Below, piece after piece: positions 60,325 through 64,000 of a stretch of 64,000 nt of DNA. The DNA comes from Malacoraja senta (taxonomy: Eukaryota). Numbering within the stretch: position 1 is the first letter of the stretch; the number at the start of each line of letters is the position of its first letter. The notes under the pieces were generated by a model that was not told the DNA's origin, searched no databases, and saw nothing but the letters and a program-made list of their open reading frames with translations. The stretch spans positions 2,978,001-3,042,000 of the forward strand of contig CM075990.1 of NCBI GenBank assembly GCA_038087875.1, given 5' to 3'. Position numbers and translations under genes: made by a program.

Positions 60325-60780
60325 TATAACCATATAACAATTACACCACGGAAATAGGCCATCTCTGCCCTTCTATTCCGTGCCGACCACTTATTCTCAC
60401 CTAGTCCCATCTACCTGCACTCAGACCATAACCCTCCATTCCTTTCCCGTCCATGTACCTATCCAATTTATTTTTAAATGATAAAATCGAACCTGCCTCC
60501 ACCACTTCCACTGGAAGCTCATTCCACACAGCTACCACTCTCTGAGTAAAGAAGTTCCCCCTCATGTTACCCCTAAACTTCTGCCCCTTAATTCTCAAAT
60601 CATGTCCTCTTGTTTGAATCTTCCCTACTCTCAATGGAAAAAGCTTATCCACGTCAACTCTGTCTATCCCTCTCATCATTTTAAAGACCTCTATCAAGTC
60701 CCCCCTTAACCTTCTGCGCTCCAAAGAATAAAGACCTAACTTGTTCAACCTTTCTCTGTAACTTAGTTGCTGAAACCCAG
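60325..60780 (-). mobile_element. CR1 LINE 3' fragment with uninterrupted ORF end
   Basis: ORF 60401-60937 LSYRERLNKLGLYSLERRRLRGDLIEVFK...WNELP. Confidence 0.9.
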
Positions 60781-61189
60781 TGGCCTTATCTCTGCTGCTC
60801 TCTGAGAAGAGATCATGTTTCCTCCAGGTTTCCATCTGCAGTTTCTGCTGCTTAGCATCATGCAGAGGTACAGTGCAGATTTCCACATGAACGTCAAGGC
60901 TACTGCACCAGTGCCTTACAAATACACATCGGAACAAACATTTCAGTCTGAAGAAGGATCCCGACCCGAATAATCTCTTGTCCGTGTTCTCCAGGGATGT
61001 GTAGGAAGGAACTGCAGATGCTGATTTTTACTGAAGAAAGACACAAAGTGCTGGAGTAACTCAGCGGTTCAGGCAGCATCGCTGGAGAATAAGGATGGGT
61101 GACATTTTGGTTCAGAACACTTCTTCAGCTTCAGGAATAGGTGAAGTTTCGGGTCGAGACGCTTTTCACCTGTTCCTTTTCTCCAGAGA

Positions 61190-61445
61190 CTGCAACGACC
61201 AGGTTCAGGAACAGCTACTTCCCCACAGCCATCAGGCTATTAAACCTGGCTCGGACATAACACTGAACTTTACTAGCCAATACTGTTATTTGCACTTTAT
61301 CAGTATATTGACCATTGTGTATATATTTATAGAATGCCTTGTAGTAAATGCCTACTATGTTCTGTTGTGCTGAAGCAAAGCAAGAATTTCATTGTCCTAC
61401 CAGGGACACATGACAATAAACTCACTTGACTTGACTTGACTTGAG
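61190..61445 (+). mobile_element. Rex1/Babar-type 3' end
   Basis: TTRFRNSYFPTAIRLLN; (ACTTG)n tail. Confidence 0.75.
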
Positions 61446-61872
61446 ATGCTGCCTGAGCCACTGAGTTACTCCAGCACTCTGTATAACTCTTATACACTTT
61501 GGTATAAACCAGCATCTGCAGTTCCTTGTTATAATGTTTGAACATTATAGAGTGTGGATAAAGGAGCCCTTCAGTCCCTTGACATTATCTGAATGTGTAG
61601 GAAGGAACTGCAGATGCTGGTTTAAACCGAAGATAGACACAAAATGCTGGAGTAACTCAGCGGGACAGGCAGCATCTCTGATCCGTTCTTTCTCTCCAGA
61701 GATGCTGCCTGTCCCGCTGAGTTGCTCCAGCTTTTTGTGTCTATCTTTGAAATTATATGAAAGTTTGTCTGACGTCCAGCGACAGATGAGTTGAAATCTC
61801 CTCAACTAAATATTGAAAAGATCGAGGGGATTTTTTCACACTTGGTCTGGGCCTTCATGTGAACAACATTGA

Positions 61873-62140
61873 CTTTACTTTAGATATACATCATGGAAAC
61901 AGGCCATTTGGCCCGCTGAGTCCGTACAGACCAGCGATCACCCCGTATACTAGCACCATCCAACACACTAGGGACAATATACAACTTACAGAAGCCACTT
62001 AACCTACAAGCTCACGCGTCTTTGGAGTGTGGGAAGAAACTGGAGCACCCGGAGAAAACCCACGAGGTCACGGGGAGAACGTACAAACTCGTACAGGCAA
62101 CACCTGTAGTCAGGATCGAACCCGGGTCTCTGGTGTAAGG
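61873..62140 (-). mobile_element. HE1/V-SINE-like SINE
   Basis: Reverse copy. Confidence 0.8.
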
Positions 62141-62638
62141 TATCAACTCTATCTGTTTGGATAGTGAAAGCCTCTGCCTAACAAAGCGATATTGGAGACC
62201 ACACTGGCGGTCAGACATGCACATGCCTGGGAAAGCCATTTTAGTTTGCAGCCACAGTATAGAGTCCCTTGATACTGGAATGCATCCACCATAACCTATC
62301 TTACACCAGCGACAAGCCATAAGGAATGTAATTGGCTGTAAAACACATTGGGATCATCAGCGCTCATGAAGGAGTCTATATTCATTTTATTAATGTTTTA
62401 TTAAGAGACGTTGCTTGTTTCTTTGCATATTTCATTGGAATTTACTCCTATCTATTGTATTTTAAATATAACACTGGGATCAATCCATGAATACAATTTG
62501 CTGGAAATTTGTAAGTAATGCTTAATTTCTTGAGATTCAGATTATGTTCTTGAAAATTATTCTGTAAGTTTATTTCAGGCAATAGGTGGAGTCAGACAGC
62601 ACGGAAACAGGCCTTTCAGCCCATCAAGCCTGCGCCAA

Positions 62639-62929
62639 GGTGGCACGGTGACATAGCGGTAAAGTTGCTGCCTTATAGCAAGTTCGATCCTGACTACAGG
62701 TGCTGTCTGTGCGGAGTTTGTACGTTCTCCCCGTGACCTGCGTGGGGTTTCTCCGACATCTTCGGTTTCCTCCAACACTCCAAAGACGTACCGGTTTGTT
62801 GGTATAAGTGTAAATTGTCCCTAGTGTGTGTAGGGTAGTGTTAATGTGCGGGGATCGCTGGTCGGTGCGGACACGGTGGGCCGAAGGGCCTGTTTCCACA
62901 CTGTATCTCTAAACTAAACTAAACTAAAC
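62639..62929 (+). mobile_element. HE1/V-SINE-like SINE
   Basis: Head, core and (CTAAA)n tail. Confidence 0.85.
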
Positions 62930-62959
62930 CTGCCCATTTACACCCATTCCATTCTCCAT

Positions 62960-63220
62960 CATACGCCTACATGTAAGGGGCCAAATGGCTTACCACAACA
63001 CCTCTTATGGACGTGGAAATAAACCAGACCACTGGGTTGAAGGAAAGAGCGTTCACGTCGCGGCCCTGTTTCCACCAATCTTTCCACCACCACGCACAAG
63101 AAGCACAAGAAGCGCAAGAAGCGCAAGACGCCATTGTACGCAGATGCCGAGAAGTGCGATCAGCTCTGGCTGAACAACTTCTAATCTTGTGTGTGGACTC
63201 GAAGAAGAAGAAGAAGAAGA
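62960..63220 (+). mobile_element. Possible RTE-clade LINE 3' end
   Basis: Ends in a (GAA)n tail; weak resemblance of the peptide to RTE C-termini; internal 9-bp repeat. Confidence 0.3.
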
Positions 63221-63771
63221 CCAGAGCACTCAAAGGAAACTCAGGCAGTCACTGCGTTAACGTGCAAACTCCACACAAACAGCAGCCATGGTCAGGACTG
63301 AACCTGGTTTGCCAAGCTCTGAGGCAGCGGCTTCCTCTGGCAGCTCATTCCAGTTGGGGACTACACTCTGGGTGAAAACGTTGCCCCTGAAGTCCCTCTT
63401 AAATCTCTCCCCTCTCACCTTAAACCTGTGCCCTCTAAATTGTGAATACTCTACGCTGGAAGAAACACTGTGAGCGTTCACTTTATTCATGACTCTCACG
63501 GTTTTGTATCGGAAGGAACTGCAGATGCTGGTTTACGCTGAAGATACACACTGGAATAACTCAGCGGGTCAGGCAGCATCTCTGAAGAAAACGAATAGGT
63601 GGCGTTTCGGGTCATGACCCTTCTTTCTTAGTCTTCTCCAGAGATGTTGGCTGACCCGTTAAATCCCTCACGATCTTGTACACCTCAATAAGGTCACACC
63701 TCAGCCTCCAAAGCTTCAAAGATAAGGTCCCAGCCTATCCAACCTCTTCCTACAACACAAGCCTGCAAGCT

Positions 63772-64000
63772 GAGGCTCTATAAGGTGCTGGTCAGGCCAC
63801 ATTTGGAGTACTTTGAGCAAATATTGCCCCCATATCTGAGGAAGGATGTACTGACTCTGGAGAGGGTCCAAAGGATGTTTACAAGAATGATTCCAGGAAT
63901 GAGTGGGTTAGCACATGATGAGTGTTTAACGGCACTGGGCCACAACTCGTTGGAGTTTAGAAGGTTGAGGGGGGACCTCATTGAAACGTACAAAATAATG
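63772..64000 (+). mobile_element. CR1 LINE fragment running off the window
   Basis: LYKVLVRPHLEY...LERVQRMFTRMIPGM. Confidence 0.85.

Overview
Eukaryotic, repeat-dominated non-coding DNA, most likely from a cartilaginous fish (skate/ray). This is inferred from about 36 copies of an HE1/V-SINE-like tRNA-derived SINE and its CR1 (HER1-type) partner LINE. I found no host protein-coding exon I can support; nearly all ORFs in the track are transposon fragments or antisense/low-complexity artefacts. Clear mobile elements: a decayed full-length IR/DR Tc1 transposon (11336-12913); a non-autonomous Helitron (15361-16934) carrying a 70-bp minisatellite and a correctly spaced TATA/Inr promoter with ATG-GT; many CR1 and Rex1/Babar fragments; three PIF/Harbinger-like fold-back MITEs; and Penelope-like (GIY-YIG) remnants. 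The short terminal unit of the Penelope-like remnants contains a minimal hammerhead-ribozyme motif, occurs about 30 times, and is often inserted as inverted pairs with 11-15 bp target duplications. Several transposon-free, AT/TAAT-rich islands (about 28.6-29.2, 35.9-37.5 and 47.4-49.2 kb) look like conserved non-coding enhancers, suggesting a large intron or gene desert of a developmental locus. There is a 200-N assembly gap at 5264-5463. Repeat boundaries were read by eye and are approximate; family names come from recalled consensus features, not database searches.
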